Shown piece by piece: positions 22,364 to 32,157 of a stretch of DNA of 64,000 nucleotides. The DNA is from Histomonas meleagridis 2922-C6/04-290x (taxonomy: Eukaryota > Protista > Parabasalia), in the NCBI GenBank assembly GCA_020184695.1, contig JAANOX010000111.1, positions 182,596 to 246,595 on the forward strand, given 5' to 3'. Numbering within the stretch: the first letter of the stretch is position 1; each line of letters begins with the position of its first letter. The translations under genes and the position numbers were made by a program. The notes beneath the pieces were generated by a model. That model had not been told where the DNA came from. It searched no databases and saw nothing but the letters and a program-made list of their open reading frames with translations.

Positions 22364-25273
22364 ATGTCCGACATTAATGCCTTACTAGCTCAGCTTCAGG
22401 CAAGCACATCTCGCTCATCGTATCAACAACCACAAAATGGTGTTGCCGTACAACCACAACAAAGTTCTTTACCTCAACAAGCTCCTCAACCTGCTCCAGC
22501 TGCAACTAATCCTTTACAACAACTTTTAATGAATACACAAGGAGGAGCAGCACAACAAAGCGGTGGTACCTTTTTCCTTCCACCACCAACTGCACCACCT
22601 CCACCACCATCAATTGGTCCAGGATCATTTGTTGAGCCACCACCACCTTCAGCAAGTCTTTTACCAGGAACATTCTTGCCACCACCAACTTCTGCCCCAC
22701 CTCCACCACCACCAAGTCAATCATCGCCATTAGCAGGATTGCTGAATACTCAGCAATCTGCTCCACCTCCTCAAGCTCAATCAACATCACCATTAGCAGG
22801 CTTACTTAATACACAACAAACAGCTCCTCCACCACCTCAACCACAACCACAAAGTGCATCTCCATTAGCAAGTTTACTCAACAAACAACAAACAGCACCT
22901 CCTCCACCTCAGCCACAACAACAGAGTGCATCTCCATTAGCTGGCTTACTTAATTCTCAACAATCAGCACCTCCACCACAACCACAAACAACATCACCAT
23001 TATCCAATTTACTGTCAACGCCATCACCAACAATAGCAGCACCACCACAACCACAGTCGACCATGAAAACCAAAGATTTATCACGCACCAATATTTCATT
23101 CCAAGAATTTTCAAAGAAGGCCGACTTTACCTCTGCTGGCACAGTCAAGTTCAATCCAGCCACCGATGGCACCATTCAAAGTGTTCTTAATAAGTCACCA
23201 GCATATTCACTTATTGAAATTCCAGAAGGTGAATATAACGAAGAATTAACAATTCTTAAGCCATTCTATGTTCGTGGTAATGGCAAAGTCAAAATCTTAG
23301 GTAAAGGTGCTGGCGATGTCATTGCAATTAATGGCGATTATGTTGTCTTAGAAAACCTTCACATCAAACAAATCGACACACGCGAGGGCGGAGGCATTAG
23401 TATCCAAGGTGGCTATGGCAAAGTTATCAACTGTGAAGTTGAAAGTGAAGTACTCTCAACGATAGCAGTTAATGGCAAAGCTAATGTCGAAATTATCAAT
23501 AGCAAATTATCCGGTTCATTTAATCCATGTTTACATTGTTCAGATGAATGTATTGTTTATTGTGAACATACCAAATTTAAGAAATCCAAGACTTATGGTG
23601 TTTATACATGTAACAACACCACATTATATTTAGATAATTGTAAAGTTTCAAAGAATGCAGAAGGTGCATATATCATAGATCATTCTAACTTATATGCAAA
23701 GAAGAGTGAGTTTAAGAAGAATGAAAATAGTGGCATTGGAATCTTAACAGATGGAAAAGCATTAGTCCAAGATTGTGATGTTCATGATCATAAAGGTAGC
23801 GCAGGTATTTTTGGTGCAAATGGATCCGCATTTCATATTGACAAATGTAATTTCACTAACAATGACATTGCAGCAGTTAAAGTTTCTGAAGGATCAATAT
23901 TACGTTCTACAAACAATGTTTATAAGGATTCTGAACAAAATTGTATTGTCTTAGTTAATGATAATGGATTTGCATATTGTGAAAATGATTCATTCTCTGG
24001 TAAATGTATTGCAGCACTTGTAGCATTTGAAAATGGTAGTGTTGAAGCTAAAGGTATATCAATACGAGATGTTGATGGCGCAGGTTTATTATGTTATGAC
24101 TCAGGAAATCTTAAAGTTAGTGATTCAATGATAGATAAGACAACAGGTGTTGCAATGCAAATACGTAATCAATCACATATCGAATTTGAAAATGTATCCA
24201 TAACTAATACACAAAAAGTTGGCGCGTTAATTGTTAGTGAAGTTTCAGGTTATATTAAGAATTGTAAGTTTATGTATGTTAATGGAGCAGGAGCTGAGAT
24301 TGCAGAGATCACTGATTTACTTATCGAGGATTGTGAATTTAATAATAACACTACAGGTGGATTAGCTATTCATGACAAGAATAGTTTCACGATAATGAAT
24401 TGTAAGTTCTGTAATAATGTCATTGGATGTGATATCTCTGGAGAAAATGATTCTGTTAAATTTGACAAATGTGAATTTAATAACAACACACAAATTGGTA
24501 TTCATACCTCCGCGAATTCATCTCCAAACTTTAGTGATTGTGTAGTATCAGGTAATGGACAAATTGGGTTAGCGAGTACTACATCTAAAGTTCATTTACA
24601 AGGCTGTGACTTCAACGCTAATCAAATGGCCGGCTTAAGCTTTTCAGATTCATGTAAAGCTGTATTAGAGAATTGTGTCATTCATGACAACAAAAACTTT
24701 GGGTTACAAGTCCACACGAGTAATACACATGTTAAATTAATCGATTGTAAGATCTTGAACCATATTAACACTTCATCATTAATCTGTTTGAATGATGCTG
24801 TAGTTCGTTGTATTAATTGTAAGTTCGAATCGTCATTACATCCTCATTGTGAAATTAGAGAAGGAGGAAAAGTTTCAATGAAGAAATGTGACTTAAGTAA
24901 CACATCAAAAGGTATCGGAATACAAGTGCATGATGACGGAGTATTTAAGATTAATGAAACTGTTATTCATAATGAACAAAAGTTCGGAATAATGATAGGT
25001 GGTAAAGGGAAAGTGAAGGCAAAGAAGTCAAAGATTTTGGACTGCGGTTCTTCTGGTGTATATTCGCAGCCAGGATCTTTCGCACAGTTCGAAGAGTGCG
25101 AATTCATTAATAATGGACAAACTGCTTTCCAGGTGCTCGGTGAAGTTGTGCTAAAGGACTGTAAAATAGCTGACCACTCAGCTTATGGAGTGACAATAGC
25201 GGATAGCGGATCACTAAAGGAAGAAAATACACAGTTCGGTAATAATGGACAAGCAAATATCCATCACCAATAA
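22364..25273 (+). CDS. Right-handed parallel beta-helix (pectin-lyase-like) protein with Pro/Gln-rich repeat N-terminus
   Basis: EIPEGEYNEELTI entry motif, then many I.NC.F.NN...G turns; about 240 aa low-complexity N-terminus. Confidence 0.85.
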   Translation: MSDINALLAQLQASTSRSSYQQPQNGVAVQPQQSSLPQQAPQPAPAATNPLQQLLMNTQGGAAQQSGGTFFLPPPTAPPPPPSIGPGSFVEPPPPSASLLPGTFLPPPTSAPPPPPPSQSSPLAGLLNTQQSAPPPQAQSTSPLAGLLNTQQTAPPPPQPQPQSASPLASLLNKQQTAPPPPQPQQQSASPLAGLLNSQQSAPPPQPQTTSPLSNLLSTPSPTIAAPPQPQSTMKTKDLSRTNISFQEFSKKADFTSAGTVKFNPATDGTIQSVLNKSPAYSLIEIPEGEYNEELTILKPFYVRGNGKVKILGKGAGDVIAINGDYVVLENLHIKQIDTREGGGISIQGGYGKVINCEVESEVLSTIAVNGKANVEIINSKLSGSFNPCLHCSDECIVYCEHTKFKKSKTYGVYTCNNTTLYLDNCKVSKNAEGAYIIDHSNLYAKKSEFKKNENSGIGILTDGKALVQDCDVHDHKGSAGIFGANGSAFHIDKCNFTNNDIAAVKVSEGSILRSTNNVYKDSEQNCIVLVNDNGFAYCENDSFSGKCIAALVAFENGSVEAKGISIRDVDGAGLLCYDSGNLKVSDSMIDKTTGVAMQIRNQSHIEFENVSITNTQKVGALIVSEVSGYIKNCKFMYVNGAGAEIAEITDLLIEDCEFNNNTTGGLAIHDKNSFTIMNCKFCNNVIGCDISGENDSVKFDKCEFNNNTQIGIHTSANSSPNFSDCVVSGNGQIGLASTTSKVHLQGCDFNANQMAGLSFSDSCKAVLENCVIHDNKNFGLQVHTSNTHVKLIDCKILNHINTSSLICLNDAVVRCINCKFESSLHPHCEIREGGKVSMKKCDLSNTSKGIGIQVHDDGVFKINETVIHNEQKFGIMIGGKGKVKAKKSKILDCGSSGVYSQPGSFAQFEECEFINNGQTAFQVLGEVVLKDCKIADHSAYGVTIADSGSLKEENTQFGNNGQANIHHQ

Positions 25274-25332
25274 ACAAAACTAATTGAATCTTTGGATAAT
25301 CAAAAAATGTTAATGTGCGCGATGGGAAATAA

Positions 25333-25672
25333 TTCGAATTTATGTGTTTGGTGAAAAAGAAATATTCGAATTTATGTGTTTGGTGATAAAGAAATATTCG
25401 AATTTATGTGTTTGGTGATAAAGAAATATTCGAATTTATGTGTTTGGTGAGAAAGAAATATTCGAATTTATGTGTTTGGTGATAAAGAAATATTCGAATT
25501 TATGTGTTTGGTGATAAAGAAATATTCGAATTTATGTGTTTGGTGATAAAGAAATATTCGAATTTATGTGTTTGATGAAAAAGAAATATTCGAATTTATG
25601 TGTTTGGTGAGAAAGAAATATTCGAATTTATGTGTTTGGTGATAAAGAAATATTCGAATTTATGTGTTTGGT
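25333..25672. repeat. 32-bp non-coding minisatellite, about 10.6 copies
   Basis: Unit ttcgaatttatgtgtttggtgataaagaaata starts at 25333 and every 32 nt to 25653; mostly one variable position, no spacers. Confidence 0.97.
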
Positions 25673-25991
25673 ATTTAATGAAAAATAATTCAAAGAATTT
25701 CTGAATTAATTGTAGAACGAATGGAAACATGCTGTGAATTGTATTATCGATTTTTTAATAATAAATTTGTTATTAAATGTAATGTTTGTTAAGGTCTTTA
25801 TATCACATGGGAATAAATTTGTTTGGTTTAAATGAAATGTTCATTTTTGGGATTTTCTCTTGCACCATTCAATGAAAATTAATCGTTGAGCCAAAGACAT
25901 TTTCAATTGTATTTGATTGTAAAATCACTTTTTCTATATATGTGATTAAATAGTTTATGTGATTGTAAATCATATAAATTATTGAAAACGA

Positions 25992-27362
25992 ATGTCAGCC
26001 TGCCAAATGCTCGTTTTTGCCTTTTTCCTCTGTTCTGTTGTTTCACAGAAAACGAATGATCCTAATTATTGCGAAGACTGTGACCCATGCAAGTATGGAG
26101 AATATTGGCCACAAGGAACAACACATCACTGTGTAAAATGCCCAAAGGGTACATACAATAATATTCGAGAAGCCCGCCAATGCACACAATGCCCATCAGG
26201 TTACTATGCCGATAAAGAAGGAACAAAGAATTGCAAGCCATGTCCCGTCGGTTATTATTCTAATGTTGATGAACCTTCAACTCTCGAAACCTGCAAGAAA
26301 TGTCCAGAGGGAACTGTCGCTTCTACTGAAGGTTCATCTCAATGCGTTCCAATTGAGACATGTAAAGCTGGATATTATATCGATGAAATCACCTCCAAAT
26401 GCAAGCGATGTCCCGCAGGAACATACTCTGAGGTACCTGGCCTCTCCAAGTCCTCTTGTATAAAATGTCCACCAGGAACATTCAGTGATATCGATGGAGC
26501 CAAATATTGTCTTCGTTGCACAGATGGTCGTTACAGCAGTGAGGAAGGTGCCACGTTTTGTGATAAATGCCCAGATGGCACATTTTCCAACAATACATAT
26601 CCAGAGTCTTTAATCAATTGCAATGAATGTCCACCAGGAACAGAGAGTTTCTATGACGAAGCCTCACCATATTGCAAGACATGTGAAGCCGGCTATTATT
26701 CTGAGGATGGATATCGATGCATTGAATGTCCAAAAGGATATGCGTCAGAAGAAGGGTCCTCCAAATGCACACGTTGTCCCGCAGGTTACTACAGCAAGAA
26801 AGGATCATCCAAATGCCGACGATGTCCCGATGGAACATATGCCGAATATTCCGGATCTGGCGAATGTCAAGAATGTCCCTCTGGATACTTCTCGAACAGC
26901 ACATATCCCGACTCGTATGAGAAATGCTTTGCATGTCCACCAGGTTCACGAGGCGGGTACCCACGATATGAATGTCATCGTTGTTCCGAAGGATTTTATA
27001 ATCCATTATATGGACAAATACAATGTAACCAATGTCCGCCAGGTACATACAGTGATCATTTAGGTGGCACAGAATGTAAGAAATGTCCGAAAGGAACATC
27101 TGCACAATTTAGTTCAAGTCCATCATGCGGTAAATGCCCCAAAGGTTCATACGCTGACGAAGAAGGATCACAGTATTGCAAGGCATGTATGCCTGGAACT
27201 TATGGCGATGTGATCGGAGCAACTTCCCAGGAAGCTGCTTGTAAGAATTGCCCTTGTGGCTTGTATAACCCTAAGAGTGGCTCTGACAAATGCTATGAAT
27301 GTCCTGCAGGTTATTTCCCTGATAAATATCAAATTAAATGTGTAAAAGTTGAAGATGAATAA
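25992..27362 (+). CDS. Secreted cysteine-rich protein of tandem CxxCPxG(T/Y)Y repeats (GCC2/GCC3, ephrin-receptor-like type)
   Basis: Signal-peptide-like N-terminus; more than 20 CxxC(P)xG units; no C-terminal TM segment. Confidence 0.88.
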   Translation: MSACQMLVFAFFLCSVVSQKTNDPNYCEDCDPCKYGEYWPQGTTHHCVKCPKGTYNNIREARQCTQCPSGYYADKEGTKNCKPCPVGYYSNVDEPSTLETCKKCPEGTVASTEGSSQCVPIETCKAGYYIDEITSKCKRCPAGTYSEVPGLSKSSCIKCPPGTFSDIDGAKYCLRCTDGRYSSEEGATFCDKCPDGTFSNNTYPESLINCNECPPGTESFYDEASPYCKTCEAGYYSEDGYRCIECPKGYASEEGSSKCTRCPAGYYSKKGSSKCRRCPDGTYAEYSGSGECQECPSGYFSNSTYPDSYEKCFACPPGSRGGYPRYECHRCSEGFYNPLYGQIQCNQCPPGTYSDHLGGTECKKCPKGTSAQFSSSPSCGKCPKGSYADEEGSQYCKACMPGTYGDVIGATSQEAACKNCPCGLYNPKSGSDKCYECPAGYFPDKYQIKCVKVEDE

Positions 27363-28540
27363 AGTAATGATAATTTAACGGTCTCTTATCGTTGTGAAAT
27401 ATGATGTGAAATGACAACGATGTGATGAAAAAACAAATTATTGAATTGATGAATATACATTAAGGGATGTTTTAATCGAAAATAAAATAAATTTTCAATA
27501 AAAAATGAGTGTAAAAATTATAATTTTAAAAGATAAAAGAAAAAGAGGTACTCAAATCTTGCAATATTTTTACAACGATAATTTTATGTTAATAATGGCA
27601 TCGGTAAAATATTACAAAAATACCCTAGTTATGAAATTTTGACTATTCAATCTTTCCAAATTCGATATGATTTCGACCATACTTTTTTCGGGAAATTTGG
27701 GATATTTCCTATATAGACATTGATTTTTTTATTCAAAAAAGAGGTCCAAGTGAAGTGAAAAACTGACACTCTGAACAAAAAATTTAATTTTCTCAGCATC
27801 TGTTGCATGAAATTCTAAATAAATATAAACACAAGAATATACATTGTAAGTTAATATTAAATATTATGTGTCATAAAAATATATCAATTTTTTGAAAAAA
27901 ATGATTATTTATATTCCTTTATTGTATTAAGATTTTTTCGCATTAACAATGAAGGAAATAATATGAATTATCAATTTTCAATAACAAAAATGGAATTAAT
28001 TTTCGAGACATTGCTAAAATAAAGTAATTCAAAAAAATATTACAAAAATTATTTGGTATATATCACAAGATTAAATTTTTCTTGAAACTCAAGAATTAAT
28101 ATATCTATTATATATTTAGTTTAATATATGAGAAAGAAGCGAAATCTAACGCAGAATTTTGAGAGATTTATGTTTTTATATAATAGATCAAGAAAAAAAT
28201 TCAAAGAAAATCAATGGTTTATTTGATCTCTCAGCCAGGACGAACGTTATGTTTACACAGCCAAAACCCTCTTGAGACAACAGAAAAAAGGGTAAATTTT
28301 GCTTTGTAAAGCAGTGAAATCTCAATTTTTTGATGTCAAAAATCGAAAAACAATAATATCTTTTTTTTGTGCGTTAAAATTTTGGAAAACAGAATTTTAT
28401 ATGCTTAACAGACGCTATTAATAATTAAAAAAGAATCCTAACGCTAGATAGGTCAGTTGGACTACCTCTGTTCTTCAAAAAAATAATTTAAACAATGAGA
28501 CGAAGAAAATTATTCAAATAATTGAATAAACACCTAAAAC

Positions 28541-29120
28541 ATCATATCATACCATTTATTCATTCATTCATTTGTTTATAAATTGTCAACCATCCAACTT
28601 ATAATTGGATCAACATTAGTCCGTTTTTTAGCTGAAGCACAAAAAAGTTGAACTTGACGACTTTCAACTTCTTGAAGTCGAAGGCGTGAAATAATTTCAT
28701 GTGATTTCATAGATTCTGGTAAATCTTCTTTGTTGGCTATAACAAGAATAGGAATATCAATGATTTCTTGATCATTAAGAAGTGATTCAAGTTGAACTTC
28801 ACTTCGTTCAACTGCTTCTTGATCTGCAGAATCTAAAACATAAAGAATAACATCTGACGTCTTACAATATAAACTCCACAAATATTGATAAGATTGATCT
28901 CCTCCAATATCATAAACTACAAGATCAACATTACCAATACTAGTAGTAGATGAACGTGCTCCAATAGTAGGTGTAATTGGTGCTTCTGTATCTTCTTTAG
29001 AAATGGCTCGAACTAACGTAGATTTCCCTGCATTTGGAAGTCCAACAATAGTAACTGTTAATTCTTTAGAAAAGAAAAGGCTTAAAAGCCAACGCCAAAA
29101 TCTTTTAAAAATGTTCATGT
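28541..29120 (-). repeat. Direct repeat, copy 1 (580 bp; Arl8-like CDS plus 35 nt of 3' flank)
   Basis: Matches 32158-32737 (offset 3617) except at 28942/32559 and 29050/32667 in my line-by-line comparison. Confidence 0.95.
28576..29118 (-). CDS. ARL8: Arl8-like small GTPase, copy 1 (true start 29118; the track's 227-aa extension is unlikely)
   Basis: Amphipathic N-terminus MNIFKRFWRWLLSLF, GLPNAGKST, PTIG, DIGG, NKED, SAK. Confidence 0.85.
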   Translation of the reverse strand: MNIFKRFWRWLLSLFFSKELTVTIVGLPNAGKSTLVRAISKEDTEAPITPTIGARSSTTSIGNVDLVVYDIGGDQSYQYLWSLYCKTSDVILYVLDSADQEAVERSEVQLESLLNDQEIIDIPILVIANKEDLPESMKSHEIISRLRLQEVESRQVQLFCASAKKRTNVDPIISWMVDNL

Positions 29121-29130
29121 GTACAATGAC

Positions 29131-29140
29131 AGGGCACCCC
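29131..29140 (-). promoter_or_regulatory. Candidate core-promoter element GGGGTGCCCT in the 51-bp divergent gap
   Basis: 12 nt upstream of the Arl8 copy 1 ATG and followed by a TCATT Inr-like motif. Confidence 0.45.
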
Positions 29141-29169
29141 AACGTATTATTGTAATTGGTCAAGTCAAA

Positions 29170-31869
29170 ATGGATTCGATTCCTCCTATTCCTTTTCTTC
29201 TGGAGCGTATCGCATTTCCTGATAAATATGGAAGAGAAGATTTTCAACGTGCCCATCAAGCGTTAAACGATTATTTGCAGAATAATAGAGTCGATGCGAT
29301 TATGAATTTTTGTGCAATACTTGAAAATATGGAAGGAAAAATCGAATTAAGACGACAAGCAGTAATACAAATTGCTTCTTTATTAAATCCTCGAACGCCT
29401 GAAATCAGAGATAAGATCCTTCAAAATTTATGGAGCGTTGGTGATTTTTCTGTCCGCCTCAAAGATTTAATACACAGATCAGTTACTGAAAGTGACTTAG
29501 TTATTCGAAATTTTTCATGTCAAATTTTTGCATTTATTTTTGGAATTGAAAGTGGACAATGGATGGAACCATTAAAAGAAATTTCTGGTTTACTTTTGGG
29601 TGAACTCAACAACGAAAATCTTCTAATTGCCTTTTTTACGATCTATAAAGAGATTCTCAACTTATCTAATTTCTCACAAGAGCTCAAAAAGGTAGAACTT
29701 GTCGGAATATATCGTAATTTTTTTGCATCTGCTTTGAAAATCCTTAGCATTCCATATAATAGCCAAACTTGTCTCACATTCCCAGTTCGCGAGGCAGCAG
29801 CAGAAGCTGTCCTTTATACTATACAACGCCTGAGCGAGTTAATTGAAGATGGAGTTGAAACAAAGATTCCATTAATTCTTCAAAACATTGAGAATTCATT
29901 TCGAGATGCAACACCAAAACTCTTTCAATTACTTCATGTTATTATGCTTTATCTTATTAAGAAATTCTATCCTTTATCTCCTCATTTTATGCCGACTATA
30001 GCTACTTATGTAATGAATGGATTTAATGTTTATGATCCCAAACTTAGAAGTATACCCATATATTTTTGGCAAGAACTTGCACAATTTGAAAATGCATATC
30101 GAAAAAAGCCGACTTTCAAATGCGAAATGTTACATTTATCACGAACAGCTGTTCAAGGATATTTCGAAAACTTCTTTAACATTATGATTAATATTGATCC
30201 AAATGATGTCGAGATTGAATCCACACTTGATCCCTTACCACATATGTTTGCTGCATCTTCTTTACAAGCCATATATAAAGTCGAGCCAGATATTGTATTT
30301 AATCTATGTACTAATCGAGCAAAGGAATTAATTAATAATGGAAAAGTTTGGGTACATTTTCATACAGCATTATTACTTGTATATTCGATATTAGAACGTC
30401 CGACAAATCCTAATGCATTTATACCATTTTTAGCAAGTGTACTTGATAATTTTGTTGCATGTTGTTCACCACAAAACCCCCCACATTTAAGAGAAACAGC
30501 ATTATTTGTTATGTCATTAGTATTAAAATATTATCCAGATTTAGTTACTAATGCATCTGATCCACACCATGCAATTAAGGTCATATTAGACATTATACAA
30601 CCACCACCACAAGAACTAATAATCATAGAACGATATTCCACGATATTATATTATTTATCAGCTGTATATACTGTCAAGAATTCATTTGAATCAATCATAC
30701 CACAATATTTTGAACAAATTTATAATATGTTCCAATGTATGTTAGATTTTGTTCTCAAATCAGAAAGTAGTGATGAAAGTAGTAAAATTAGTGCTATCAC
30801 ATCAATTACAGAAGGAGTTTGTAATTTAATTTCGAATATGAAATCTGAGAACATTCCAATGTTATCAGTCTTATATGGACAAACATGTCAAACTTTAGCG
30901 ACATCAGCAAATGGTTTTATGTCTGGAGGTATTTTATATTCTTATCAAGCAGGACTTTGTTCGATAATCACCACATTCATATTAAAAATTAAAACAGCTG
31001 TTACACCAGATCAATTCCAAGCTACTGTCCAATTACTATTTGGTTTATTACAAAAACAATATTATCTTCTCTATGAAGAAGGATTAATGACATTATCATC
31101 ATTAGTTAAATGTTTCCCACCTGCACTTAATGAACAACAAATTATTCAATGTTTAGGGTTCATTCAAAAAGGTTTAGGCTCACGAAATGAAGGAGTTATT
31201 AATGCAAGTGTTATATTGTTAAGAGAATTATTTGAAAAATATAATCGTAATATGTTAATGATGAACATTTTTGATGATGCATTTACATCATTACGCAATT
31301 TAGTTATGAATAACCCTTCTAAAAAAGATATTCATCCATTCGTTATACAAACAATTGCGACAATGTTCGAAGTTTTACGTGATGTACCTGAAGCTGCTGG
31401 TATTCTCCAACAACATCATCGCAATTTAGAACAATTCTTATCAACAATTCGTATGAAAGTAACTACGTTAAACTTTGAACATGAATCGGATATAGAATAT
31501 GCAAATCAATTGTATATATCAATCGCTAATTGTTATAGAGCTTATGCAAAGAACTTTTATGCAATGCTTTTTGAAGGTGATGGCTCTCCTGAGCAATTAC
31601 AAGAAGAAAGAACACAACTATTGGAATTGGATAATTTGGCTCAAAACATATTACAAATTGGTAGGGATAATATCGAGGACGATTTAATTTTGGCTTTTAT
31701 GAAGACGGCAAGACAATTTGGTGAACATTGCTCAAGGAGAAATAACGTGATATTAAATAGAAGAAAAATTCATGACGTAATAAGTATTGGAATTAAAAGA
31801 ACTCAGAGTAAATATCCAAAGTTACACCAAGAGGCAAAGGAAACTGCAGCATTCCTTAAATCAAAATAA
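29170..31869 (+). CDS. Importin-beta-1 (Kap95)-like HEAT-repeat protein (start at MDSIPP, 29170)
   Basis: ELRRQAVIQI, IPIYFWQELAQFE, AASSLQAIY, LRETALFVMS; TCAAAATG start context. Confidence 0.8.
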   Translation: MDSIPPIPFLLERIAFPDKYGREDFQRAHQALNDYLQNNRVDAIMNFCAILENMEGKIELRRQAVIQIASLLNPRTPEIRDKILQNLWSVGDFSVRLKDLIHRSVTESDLVIRNFSCQIFAFIFGIESGQWMEPLKEISGLLLGELNNENLLIAFFTIYKEILNLSNFSQELKKVELVGIYRNFFASALKILSIPYNSQTCLTFPVREAAAEAVLYTIQRLSELIEDGVETKIPLILQNIENSFRDATPKLFQLLHVIMLYLIKKFYPLSPHFMPTIATYVMNGFNVYDPKLRSIPIYFWQELAQFENAYRKKPTFKCEMLHLSRTAVQGYFENFFNIMINIDPNDVEIESTLDPLPHMFAASSLQAIYKVEPDIVFNLCTNRAKELINNGKVWVHFHTALLLVYSILERPTNPNAFIPFLASVLDNFVACCSPQNPPHLRETALFVMSLVLKYYPDLVTNASDPHHAIKVILDIIQPPPQELIIIERYSTILYYLSAVYTVKNSFESIIPQYFEQIYNMFQCMLDFVLKSESSDESSKISAITSITEGVCNLISNMKSENIPMLSVLYGQTCQTLATSANGFMSGGILYSYQAGLCSIITTFILKIKTAVTPDQFQATVQLLFGLLQKQYYLLYEEGLMTLSSLVKCFPPALNEQQIIQCLGFIQKGLGSRNEGVINASVILLRELFEKYNRNMLMMNIFDDAFTSLRNLVMNNPSKKDIHPFVIQTIATMFEVLRDVPEAAGILQQHHRNLEQFLSTIRMKVTTLNFEHESDIEYANQLYISIANCYRAYAKNFYAMLFEGDGSPEQLQEERTQLLELDNLAQNILQIGRDNIEDDLILAFMKTARQFGEHCSRRNNVILNRRKIHDVISIGIKRTQSKYPKLHQEAKETAAFLKSK

Positions 31870-32157
31870 AAATTAATTGACTATTGTAGTTTTGATGTAA
31901 AACACTGAAATTTGTTCAACTTTGACAAAGTTTTGAGTTTTGTTGTTGGCGGACGTTAATGTGGATAATTAATTCGAAATGAATATAAAATTAACTTTAA
32001 TTTAAAAAGAGTTATCTTACTTCTCGAAAAGGAGTTGATAACAATGATAAAGATATTGAGTTTTTATGTGAAATTGAATTTAAAGAATGATTGGTGATTC
32101 AATCAAATAATTTAAACAGAAAATTGTAAAGGAATACAAATACCGAATATTTAAAGT

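Noticed and set aside
25333-25672. CRISPR-like array (32-bp repeats)
   Set aside because: Units are directly adjacent with no unique spacers, there are no cas genes, and the context is eukaryotic. It is a minisatellite.
29119-29259. 47-aa N-terminal extension of Arl8 copy 1 and the GTG start for importin at 29119
   Set aside because: Identity with copy 2 begins at the 29118 ATG, the extension overlaps the importin CDS, and the importin ATG at 29170 has a good start context.
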